A stretch of DNA of 64,000 nucleotides from positions 800,001-864,000 of the forward strand of contig CAWFGE010000013.1 of NCBI GenBank assembly GCA_963815195.1, written 5' to 3'. The notes beneath the pieces were generated by a model that did no database searches, was not told where the DNA came from, and saw nothing but the letters and a program-made list of their open reading frames with translations. The position numbers and the translations under genes are program-made. Positions 19,544-29,964 of the stretch are shown piece after piece. This DNA is from an uncultured Planctomycetaceae bacterium. Its GTDB lineage: Bacteria > Planctomycetota > Planctomycetia > Planctomycetales > Planctomycetaceae. Numbering within the stretch: the stretch's first letter is position 1; each line of letters starts with the position of its first letter.

Positions 19544-20872
19544 TCAGAACAACTCCTCGATCAGCTTGCCGCCTTCTTTGACGATTTTCAGCGGCTGGTT
19601 TTCGGGGGTGAAGTATTCTTCTTCGGGGTTGAGGCCCAGGACGTGGCAGAAGCTGACGTAGAGGTCCTGCACGCTCACGGGGCGGTCGGTGACATCGACG
19701 CCGTCGGCATCGGTCGCTCCCAAAACCTGGCCGGGCTTCACGCCGCCGCCCGCGAGAGCCGTGAGCCAACCCGTGGCGTAATGATCGCGGCCGCCGTCTT
19801 TTTTGATCTTCGGGGTCCGGCCGAACTCGCCCATCCACACGACCAAGGTGTTTTCGAGCATGCCGCGCTGTTCGAGATCGGTGACCAACGTGGCGAACCC
19901 GGGGTCGGCCTCGGCACACAAATTCGGGGTGTCCCGAAAACCGTCGCCGTGGGTGTCCCAGCCCGCATCGTTCTGGCTGCCGTGGCTGAAGACCTCCACA
20001 AAACTCACGCCGGATTCCACCAACCGCCGGGCTAATAAACAGCCCTGTCCGAACGTGGTCCGGCCGTAGGCGTCCCGCAATGTGTCCGACTCATTGTCCA
20101 GGCTGAAGACCTTGAGCTTGGGGCTGGTGATGAATCGGCTCGTGCGGTCGTAAACGTCCTTTTTGTCCTGGACCACGCGGGCCGCCCGCTTGCCAGTTTT
20201 CGCGAACTCGGCATCGAGGGCGTCCGCCAATTCAAGCCGGCGGTCGAGCACGTCGTGCTCGAAGCGGGGGACGACATCTTTGGGCAGCGTGCCGGGTTCG
20301 TTGATGCTGAAGGCTTCGTACTTGGCACCCAGGACGCCGGAGTTCACATCGCGGGTTTTGATGCGGGGCTTGCCAATGCGGACAAACGCGGGCAGTTCAA
20401 ACGCGGCGTCGAACCGGTCCATCGCGACCACGGACCCCCAGGTCGGGTAGGCGATCGTGGGGTTGATGGGGTAGCCCGTGCGGACGAGCTTGATCGCTCG
20501 GAAATGGTCGGCTTCGCCGGATTTCATCGAGCGAATGAAGCTGATCTTGTCGGCGACTTCCGCGACCTTGGGCCAGAACTCGGCAAACGCAATTCCGGGG
20601 AGCTTGGTCGAGATGGCCTTGGCGGGGCCTTGGTTTTTCGATCCGGGCTTGGGATTGAAGGACTCGAACTGGCTGGGGCCGCCGTCCATCCACAGGAGGA
20701 TCATCGACCGGCCCTGTTTGCGGAGTTCCTCGGCCTGGGCGATCATTACGTCCCGCCAACTGATCTGGGCCGCCCCCACCGCGGCCGCGCCGAGTGACAG
20801 CCGCTTCAAAAAATCCCGCCGGCCGGCGAAGCCCTTTTCGTTCGTCCAAGCATGAAGGAACGGTCGAATCAT
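19544..20872 (-). CDS. DUF1501 family protein (Tat signal)
   Basis: GRRDFLK; ILLWMDGGPSQFESF; YGRTTFGQGCLLARRLVESGV; GWDTH; WMGEFGRTP; GRDH. Confidence 0.93.
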   Translation of the reverse strand: MIRPFLHAWTNEKGFAGRRDFLKRLSLGAAAVGAAQISWRDVMIAQAEELRKQGRSMILLWMDGGPSQFESFNPKPGSKNQGPAKAISTKLPGIAFAEFWPKVAEVADKISFIRSMKSGEADHFRAIKLVRTGYPINPTIAYPTWGSVVAMDRFDAAFELPAFVRIGKPRIKTRDVNSGVLGAKYEAFSINEPGTLPKDVVPRFEHDVLDRRLELADALDAEFAKTGKRAARVVQDKKDVYDRTSRFITSPKLKVFSLDNESDTLRDAYGRTTFGQGCLLARRLVESGVSFVEVFSHGSQNDAGWDTHGDGFRDTPNLCAEADPGFATLVTDLEQRGMLENTLVVWMGEFGRTPKIKKDGGRDHYATGWLTALAGGGVKPGQVLGATDADGVDVTDRPVSVQDLYVSFCHVLGLNPEEEYFTPENQPLKIVKEGGKLIEELF

Positions 20873-20915
20873 GACACCAATACCTCGTTCTTATTCCGGT
20901 CGTTGATCAAAAGAT

Positions 20916-21150
20916 GTCACCGCGAAGACACGAAGAAGAACAATGTCACCACGAAGACACGAAGAAAAACAGCCGAGGGACCACGAAATACACCAAACAC
21001 ACGAAAAAATCACACTCACCGAATTCTGGATTTGTTTGTTCTTGTGAACTTTGACATTGGTCAACATGACCGCGTCGCGTCCTGTCTTTTTTGGTGTCTT
21101 TCGTGTGTTTCGTGGCCCCTTCTGCCTTTGCGTCTTCGTGTCTTCGTGTT
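20916..21150. repeat. nested inverted repeats, family F (CACGAAGACACGAAG / CCACGAAANACAC)
   Basis: TCACC(G/A)CGAAGACACGAAGAA twice and CCACGAAATACACCAAACACACGAAAA on the left. These are answered by TTTTGGTGTCTTTCGTGTGTTTCGTGG and TCTTCGTGTCTTCGTG on the right. Confidence 0.8.
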
Positions 21151-21326
21151 CCCCCTTGAACAAGGCTTGAGTTGCGAATGCTGGGGCTGTGGCCGGGCGA
21201 GAAAAAACTCACACGGCCCCGGGCCTCAAATCGCCTTCTTCCTCGGAAGATTCCTTTGCGCCCCAGCCACCCCCTCCGCTTTACAGTTTGAGTGACCTCT
21301 TGTCTTTTTTCGTGTCTTTCGTGTGT

Positions 21327-21425
21327 TTCGTGGTCCCTTCTGCCTTTGTGTCTTCGTGGTCCCTTCTGCCTTTGTGACTTCGTGGTCCCTTCTGCCTTTG
21401 TGACTTCGTGGTCCCTTCTGCCTTT
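21327..21425. repeat. 26-bp tandem repeat, about 3.8 copies
   Basis: TTCGTGGTCCCTTCTGCCTTTGTG(T/A)C starts at 21327, 21353, 21379 and 21405 (partial). It has no spacers and abuts the stop codon of the DUF1553 gene. Confidence 0.95.
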
Positions 21426-23548
21426 AATTCCGTGTCGTGAACTCCGCGGTGTTGACCAGGCTCCAGAGGATGTCCTCGAAGGCCTGTTCGCGGTCGCTGA
21501 CGTTTTTCCGATGGTTTTCAATGATGGCCCGTTCGCGGTCGGTGGGCCGGCGGGCGAGGACGCGGGCGTAAAGCACATCGAGCACCGTGCCATCGTCCGG
21601 TTCTGATTTGAGCAGTTGAGCGAGCATCGTCTCGCTCTTGGCATCGGCTTCGATCTGCTTGAGGATTTGGGCGTTGTTCATCATCAGCATGGCTTGCTTC
21701 ATCGTGCGGTTGATCAGCGCATCCTGAAACGAGGGATCGTAGCCGAAGGCTTCATTCACCAGATCCCGCGTGCTCTTGGGCGGCGGGGGGAACCGCGTTG
21801 CGGACGTCTCTTTTTCCGGCTCGCCCACTTTGTTGGGCAGGCCGATCGCCGTTACGAGAGAATCGAAGACCTCATCGCCCCGGAGCTTCTTGGGGATGGC
21901 TCCCGTGAAGGGCATCTTCGGGTCGGGCACCTTGCGCTCGGCTTGCTGATACACCCGGCTGCCCACGATCACCCGGAACAAAGCCCGCGCATCAAACTGG
22001 GACGCGATGAAATGCTCGGCGAGCGCCTCGTGGAGTTCGGTGAGCCTGGCATCGGCCATTTCGCCCATGTCATCCACGGGATCGTAAAAGCCCCGCCCCA
22101 TCAGCCGAGCCCAGATGTGGTTGACGAAGGCCCGCGCGAAGTACGGGTTGTCGCCGCTGACGACCCAGTACGCCAACCGCTCCCGGCGGTCCAAGTCGCT
22201 GAGGCCGAGTTCCTGCTTGTGGGCATTAAACAGAGCGGGGGCCAGCATGTCCTTGCTGCCGGGCATATGGTGCTCACCTTTGTCGCTTGAGGAAATCTCG
22301 ATGCCGTTGCTGTCGTTCCAAGGCAGCTTGACTTTTGTCCTCGCGAAGAACGCCGCGAACCCGTGGAAGGTTTCCTGCGGCATGTCGATGAAGGGATGAT
22401 CGTGGCATTGGGCGCAGGCGATCTTGACGCTCAAAAACACCCGCGTCGTCTCGCCGGCGAGCTTGTTCGGTTCGCCCTGATGAAAGCCCACGAACGTGCC
22501 CGCGGGATGATCGCCCACGGTGCCGACGGCGGTGAGCATTTGAAACACCGTCTCGTCCCAGCCTTGGCCTGTGTTGAACTCCTCGGCGAGCCAGGCCCGG
22601 AACGGTTCGTAATTGAGAAACGTGAGTCTGCGGTTCCTCCTGGCGGGAGCCGATGACATCGCTCCAGAAGTTGCCCCAGTTCTTGCCGAAGTCCCGCGAG
22701 GCCAACAGCCGATCCACCGCGTGCTGCCGGCGGTCGGGATCCTGGTCTTTGAGGTAGAGGCGAAATTCTTCCAGCGTCGGCGGCCGGCCCACCAGATCGA
22801 GCGAGACCCGGCGGAGGAATGGAATGTCGTCCACCAAGGGCGCGGGCTCGGCCTGACCGGAATGCTCTGCGAACAACGCATCGACCTGGGCGGCGGTGAT
22901 CGCAACTGGCGTCTTCGCGACCGGCTTTCGCACGAACGTGGGAGCGACCGGTTTGGGCGGTTCGGGCTTCTTCTTGTCGGATTTTTTGGCGACGACTTTT
23001 TTCGGCGGGGATTTTTCTGTTTTGCGGGCCTCGGCGAGTTGGGGTTTGGTCAACAAGCGAATGCCGTCCACGATGACATGGGCTTTCGTGCCTTTCGTTT
23101 CGATGAGCACGCGGCCGGCGGCGCCTTTTTCAAATTGGAATGTTCCCACCGGCTCGAAGCCCGATTTGAGCGCCGGCGGGCGGGTTTGGTCGAGTTGAAT
23201 GGTCTTGACGCCGTCCGCGGACTCCACGGTGACGGGCACGGCCGCGTCTCGGTTGCCGCCGGGCGTGTAAGCGATGAGGACTTCGTACGCGCCGGTCTCT
23301 TTCACCTCGAACGTGAACTCCGCGGATTTCTCGCCTTTGCCTTCCATCAGGTCGTGCCGGTACGATTCGCCCAGGTAAGGCTTAGTGGCCGTGCTGGATT
23401 TCCACTCGCCTTTGAACGCGGCCTTCGTGTCGTCGATGACCAGTCCCGAAAGCGACGCGGGATCGGTCTGCGACCACGCGGTTTGGGGAAGTTGGAAGAG
23501 GATCAGCCAACCGAACAGGGAGATGAAAACGAGGCGGGGGGCACGCAT
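21424..23548 (-). CDS. DUF1549/DUF1553 protein with N-terminal golvesin/xanthan-lyase-CBM-like domain (frameshift near 22635)
   Basis: Signal peptide; GLVIDD..AAFKGEWKSS...Y.HD...GEKSAEF; FLRRVSLDLVGRPPT; IACAQCHDHPF; NPYFARAFVNHIWARLMGRG; EDILWSLVNTAEF. Confidence 0.9.
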
Positions 23549-23667
23549 AAGACAACTGGTCCCGTTGTGAGGAAGCCGGCGGGAGGAAAGAAAGCCGCCG
23601 ATTTGCCCCGCGATTTGAGCGCTTGATTCACGAGGCAAACGGCGACTTTGTTTTCACTGTGGAAGAC

Positions 23668-24204
23668 TTACTTTTTCAAATTGCCGTGGAACCCGCCTCC
23701 GTTGAAGGCTTTGGCAGCTTCGATGATGTCAATGCCCGAGCCGCTGAGGGTGACGGTTTTGGTTTTCTGGTCTACGTCGATAACTTTCACATTCTTCACG
23801 TCCTGGAGCGCCTCTTTCGCGCCTTTGACGCAGTTCCCGCAGCAAAGATGCACGCCGGTGAAGGTAATTTTATCGGCGGTCGCGCCTTCTTTCGCGTCCA
23901 CTTTGGGGAAGTCGATGGCTTTGTCGCCGTAGGTCGCGGTGCCGTGGAAGCCGGCTTTGGCGAGAGCCTCAATGCCTTTTTTGGCGGCGGCTTCATCGGT
24001 GGCTTCGAAGGTGATCGTCTTCGAGTTTTGATCGGCGTTGGACTTGGAAACGCCGTCCACTTTCCCCAATGTCGTATTCACGGCCTTCACGCAGGCGCCG
24101 CAGCAAATGTGGGATTTTTTGACCGTCACCGTCTCGGCTTGGAGTCGAGCGGCCGCGAACACCACCAAACAGGCGGCCAGCATCGTCGAGGTGAGCATCT
24201 TCAT
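23668..24204 (-). CDS. exported tandem heavy-metal-associated (HMA) domain protein
   Basis: AGGAG RBS; signal peptide; two domains with HICCGAC and HLCCGNC. Confidence 0.85.
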   Translation of the reverse strand: MKMLTSTMLAACLVVFAAARLQAETVTVKKSHICCGACVKAVNTTLGKVDGVSKSNADQNSKTITFEATDEAAAKKGIEALAKAGFHGTATYGDKAIDFPKVDAKEGATADKITFTGVHLCCGNCVKGAKEALQDVKNVKVIDVDQKTKTVTLSGSGIDIIEAAKAFNGGGFHGNLKK

Positions 24205-24344
24205 GGTAAGTCTCCTGTGGGTACGGAACGGGGGAACCAGACTTTCACCTTGATACCATACCAAGACCGCAACTCATTGACAACGTTTCGGGATTCGTTG
24301 ATGAGTAAATTGAGGCGAGATGGCGAAAATGCAAAACCGGCGCC

Positions 24345-24496
24345 GGGTGCCACGGGCAGCTTGCTGCCCGTGCCTTCTGTGTTCAGGAAGGCGGGTCAAA
24401 CGAAAGCACTGGCAACAAGTTGCCCGTGGCACCCAAGGCGGGTCAAACGAAAGCACTGGCAACAAGTTGCCAGTGGCACCCAAGGCAGTGGCACCC
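24345..24496. repeat. REPIN-like unit, family G (GCACTGGCAACAAGTTGCCAGTGGCACCC)
   Basis: 47-bp unit duplicated at 24388-24434 and 24435-24481 (one mismatch), partial third copy, and inverted arm GGGTGCCACGGGCAGCTTGCTGCCCGTGC at 24345-24373. Confidence 0.9.
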
Positions 24497-24563
24497 AACG
24501 CGAAACCGGCGCGGAGAAACGGGTTTCTCTCGCGCCGGTTTGATGTTTGGGGAGTTTATGCGG

Positions 24564-25925
<1,362 letters not shown>

Positions 25926-26151
25926 CAGAGATCTCCGTGAAATACAGAAGGATTTTGGGAACCAACCGCCCCCGAAGCATACCGCAAATTCGTCCCCTTG
26001 ACGATTCTCCCGATGAGAAAATCCATGTTTTCCGGGAGGCAGGGCAAGTTCTATCTCCCACAGCGATCCTACGCCGGCGGGCGGGGATTTTTGGGAGAAA
26101 ATCGACCCGGCGGAGAATTTCCCCTCAAGCGGCCGCGTGATCCACATTCGA

Positions 26152-26326
26152 TTTTAACGCAAAGACGCGAAGGGAAGACGCCAACGCCGCGGAGGAAGAT
26201 GAACGCGCTCTGGAAACGCCTTCTCCCTCGTTCCCAAGCTCCCGTCGGAGACGATCGCGTTTTGAGCGCGTTGCGAAGCGGAGCTTCGCGAGAGTGCGTT
26301 CCCAAGCTGGAGCTTGGGAACGAGGG
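26152..26326. repeat. family C arm plus REPIN-like unit of family H (CCCTCGTTCCCAAGCT...AGCTTGGGAACGAGGG)
   Basis: 16-bp terminal IR at 26225-26240/26311-26326. The internal GCGTTGCGAAGCGGAGCTTCGCGAGAGTGCGTTCCCAAGCTGGA is identical to the copy near 42957-43000. Confidence 0.9.
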
Positions 26327-26360
26327 AGGTTAAAAACCGGACGCGCGGAACGCCGTGCAT

Positions 26361-27935
26361 TTACGGAGTGCGGCGGCGGTAGCGCTCGAGGGTTGGGGCG
26401 GGCGTCGCGAAGGGCGGGGCTTCCAGTTCATCCGGCTCGGCGAAGGGGGGCGGTTCGAGTTCGGGTTTGGCCTGGACTTCATTCGGGCGGTGGTGCACGG
26501 TGGGAATGGGCTGTTCGCTCAGTTCCTGCGTGAGATACGACACGAACCGCGAGCTGGCCCGGTTGATGATCACCACCTGGCTCGCGGACTTGGGTTGATT
26601 GATCGGCCGCACGATGCAGATCACTTCCGCTTCGCCCGGATTTGTCAAAGCCGCGGGCAGGCTCGCTTCGCCGCCCTTGGCGACGGCGGCTTTCGTCGGC
26701 GGCGCCACGTTGGCGACGGGTTGGGGCGTTTCGGGAGCGGTGTTGGCGATGGCGAAGGCTTCCGGAACAGAGGACTTCGGGATCAGGTGGGCGAAGTTGT
26801 GTTCGCCCAAGAGGTTATGAATCACGTTGAGGCCCGCGTACAAGCCGCGCTTGTCCTTGGGGTCGGCCGCGACGCAGACGCCGACCACGTCGCCTTGGGC
26901 ATTGAATAGCCCGCCGCCGGAGCGGCCTTGCATCGGCTCGCCGGTGCATTCGATGTTGTCCGGCCCTAAATAGCGGTTGAGCGCGGTCACGAACACATCC
27001 TCCCGCGAAGGGGTCTCGCCGCCGCCGCAGCCGATGCTGTAAACGCTCTGCCGGACCTGCACTCCATCGGCGAGCGAAGCCAGCCGAGACGCCGGGAGCC
27101 CGGCATCGGTCGCGATCGAAAGCAAGCCCACATCGCCTTCCAGGTCATAAGCGATCGTTTTGCCCACAAAGGTTTCCGCCTGGGATCCGGTGAAGAGATC
27201 GACCTCGATTTTCGCGGCGGGATCCAGATCGCGGAAGATGTGCCCGCAGGTGAGGATCACCGTCCGACCGGGCCGGCTTTCGACGATCGTGCCCGAGCCG
27301 TAGTTCACGCCATCTTTCCCGGCGATCCGCACCCGCACGCTGGAAGCGAGGGGGTTCTCTTCCAGCGAGACGTCGGGGCGCGGTTTGTCTTGGTCGAGCT
27401 TGGCCCGGATCACGGCGGGTTCGGCGGGCGGAGTTGGCTCGGCGGTTTTCTTGCCGCCGAAGGGAAACGAAAAGCTCCCCAAGACGCCGGCGGGTGACTT
27501 GGGCTCGGTATTCTCTGCCACTTGAACTTCCGACCGAGGCAACGCCCGGCCGGGGTTCAGGCCGATCGTCTGGCGAGGGTCGGGATTGCCGATGACCGAA
27601 GGTTTGGGATCGTGCGGGATCTGGGCGAGCATCCGTTTGAGCTGGCCTTCCGAAGTCGCCCCTTCGTAGCGCATCCGCTCTTTGCCGTCCACGACGAGGA
27701 CGAACGCCGGGATGCTGCGGATGTTGTACTGTTGGGCCAAGGCCCGCTCCTGATCCACATCGACCTTCCGCACGGGATAGCCCTGGCGTTTTAGCCGGCT
27801 GACGATGGGGCTCATTTGCTGGCAGGGTCCGCACCAGGTGGCGGAGAAATCGAGCAGCACGCCGCGGGAGGCCGGGTGGTTGGCGTTCGCGGTGCCGGCC
27901 GCGAGGGACATAATCAACAAGGAGACGGTCGTCAT
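26361..27935 (-). CDS. exported thioredoxin + trypsin-like serine protease fusion
   Basis: Signal peptide; DFSATWCGPCQQM; protease triad motifs ILTCGH, DVGLL and GRSGGGLFN. Confidence 0.9.
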   Translation of the reverse strand: MTTVSLLIMSLAAGTANANHPASRGVLLDFSATWCGPCQQMSPIVSRLKRQGYPVRKVDVDQERALAQQYNIRSIPAFVLVVDGKERMRYEGATSEGQLKRMLAQIPHDPKPSVIGNPDPRQTIGLNPGRALPRSEVQVAENTEPKSPAGVLGSFSFPFGGKKTAEPTPPAEPAVIRAKLDQDKPRPDVSLEENPLASSVRVRIAGKDGVNYGSGTIVESRPGRTVILTCGHIFRDLDPAAKIEVDLFTGSQAETFVGKTIAYDLEGDVGLLSIATDAGLPASRLASLADGVQVRQSVYSIGCGGGETPSREDVFVTALNRYLGPDNIECTGEPMQGRSGGGLFNAQGDVVGVCVAADPKDKRGLYAGLNVIHNLLGEHNFAHLIPKSSVPEAFAIANTAPETPQPVANVAPPTKAAVAKGGEASLPAALTNPGEAEVICIVRPINQPKSASQVVIINRASSRFVSYLTQELSEQPIPTVHHRPNEVQAKPELEPPPFAEPDELEAPPFATPAPTLERYRRRTP

Positions 27936-28847
27936 GGGTCAGCTCCGGAAGAAGGGACGGGAGGGCCGTGGCCGGGATTTCGGGCGGGGATCCGAAATCT
28001 CAACAGGCGATAGCGATCATCCGCACAAACGGCGGACGGCCACGGCGGGCGGAGAAGAGACGGGAACAGGCCGAGGCGTCAATCTCTGGACACAGAGACG
28101 AGCATCCATCAAGGCGTGGAGGATTTTCCCGAACGGACCCGATCTTTCGGAAGCGGAACATGGCGGAAGGAAGAGGTGCGAGCGCAATCGCAGCGGCTTC
28201 TGCGTCCAAGTGAGCAGCATTCAGGCCTCCATGCCCGAGGGTTTGTTTGCAAATTGTAAAGGCTACCAGACGAGGGGGCGCCAATTACAATTCTCGGGGC
28301 GGACCGTTTCAGGCACGCCGTTCACGCCGCGGGGGGCAACTCCTTTGCCCGCCGCACGTTTCGAGAACTGTGGCAGCGGTTTCCGATGCGTCGTCCGGTG
28401 TTCCGAGATCCTTCCAGCAGAAAATGTGCCGATCTGTGAAAAGGGCGGCGGGTTCCGGCGTAGAAAAAGGAGTGCGCGGGCGGTTTCGGGGCGGCCAATT
28501 CGTGGAAACCGGGCAAATCCCGGGTCAGAGCGTGTACTTTTTTCGGGCCCCGGGACTATAATAAAAAAACCGCGTCAAAAACCCGACCACCTTCGCAACC
28601 CAACCCGCCCCAAGTATTTCCTGCAATTTCCAGAGTCGAATTTGCAACGCGAAATCCGCACGCGACACGCGGACAATCTGGCAGGGACGGCGAATTGTCG
28701 CAACAAAGGCGTAATCCTTCCTCATCGCCCGTCTCCCAGCCGGAGAAATTCCCAAACGCGGCCAAGCCGCAAACAACGTCGCGGCGGCATCTTGCCGCCG
28801 GAGTTCCCGCCGTTCCTGCCACGGTCACATTTCACAACGAATTATTT

Positions 28848-29964
28848 ATGATGGTTCAAGCTTTCTTAAACCTCGGGCGGAAAAACCGCCGGGCCTTTGG
28901 GCTTTGGGTTTCGCTTTCGGGGTTTCTGCTCGGTTGCGGCGAGCCGGAGCAGATCCGGGAATACATGGTCCCCAAAATGGCGGTGGATGGAAGTTCCTCC
29001 CGTCCCGCCGGCAAGGAGCGAATGCTCGCCGCGATGATTCCGCACGATGGGATGGCGTGGTATTTCAAACTCACCGGGCCGGACGACTCCGTCCAGGACC
29101 AGGCGGAGGGCTTTTTGAGCCTGATTCAATCGGTGACGTTCGCCTCCAACGGCAGGCCCCAGTGGAAGCTCCCCGCCAAGTGGAAACAGGAAGGCCAAGC
29201 GGGGATGCGGTTCGCCACGATCAAGATTCCCGATGCGAACGCCGTGGAGATGACCGTGATCCCCCTCCCCATGCCCGAGGGCGGAAACGAGGAAGATTAC
29301 AAGCTGGAGAACGTCAACCGCTGGCGCGGGCAACTGGGACTGGCTCCGATTGGCGAAGCCGATCTCCAAGATCAAATCGTCGAAGTCCCCCTGCAAGATT
29401 CCAATGCGAAGGCGATGGTGGTCAATCTCTTGGGCGAGAAATCGCCGGCAACGCCCGGCCAACCGCCGTTCGCCAACATGTCGCCCGAACCCGCCGAGGA
29501 CGCGTCCCAGTCCGCCGAGTCAAACCGCGTCGCGAAAGCCCGCGTTCGAGGTTCCCGAAAGCTGGACCCCCGCGAAAAACGACACGTTCAGCACCTCGGC
29601 TTACGAGATGCAGCAAGACGGGCAAAGGGTCCGCATCACCGTCACGCCTTTGGGACCCTTGGGCGATTCGCTGCCTCTGCATCTCAACCGCTGGCGCGGA
29701 CAGATCAAGCTGCCGCCCGCGGGCCCCCAGGAACTCGATGAGGCGACGGAAAAAGTCGAAGCCGGCGGCGTGTCGGGTTATTACGTCAAGTTCGCCGGCA
29801 AGGAATCCTCCCAGGCGATTCTGGCCGCGATTTTGCCCCAAGCGGGGCGAACCTGGTTTGTCAAACTGACCGGCGATGCCGACCTGGCGTTAGAGCAAGA
29901 GTCCGAGTTCAAAGCCTTCGTCCAATCCGTCCGATTTTCCCCCACTGAGGAAGCCGGCGAATAA
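28848..29964 (+). CDS. hypothetical lipoprotein with internal duplication (frameshift near 29535)
   Basis: FLLGC lipobox; NVNRWRGQLGL and HLNRWRGQIKL repeats; WYFKLTG and WFVKLTG repeats. Its stop overlaps the next ATG (TAATG). Confidence 0.8.

Noticed and set aside
21327..21425. 26-bp direct repeats as a CRISPR array
   Set aside because: The copies are contiguous with no unique spacers, and there are no cas genes in the window.
24388..24496. Palindromic 47-bp repeats as a CRISPR array
   Set aside because: The sequence between the palindromes is identical in both copies and an inverted arm is present, which fits a REP doublet.
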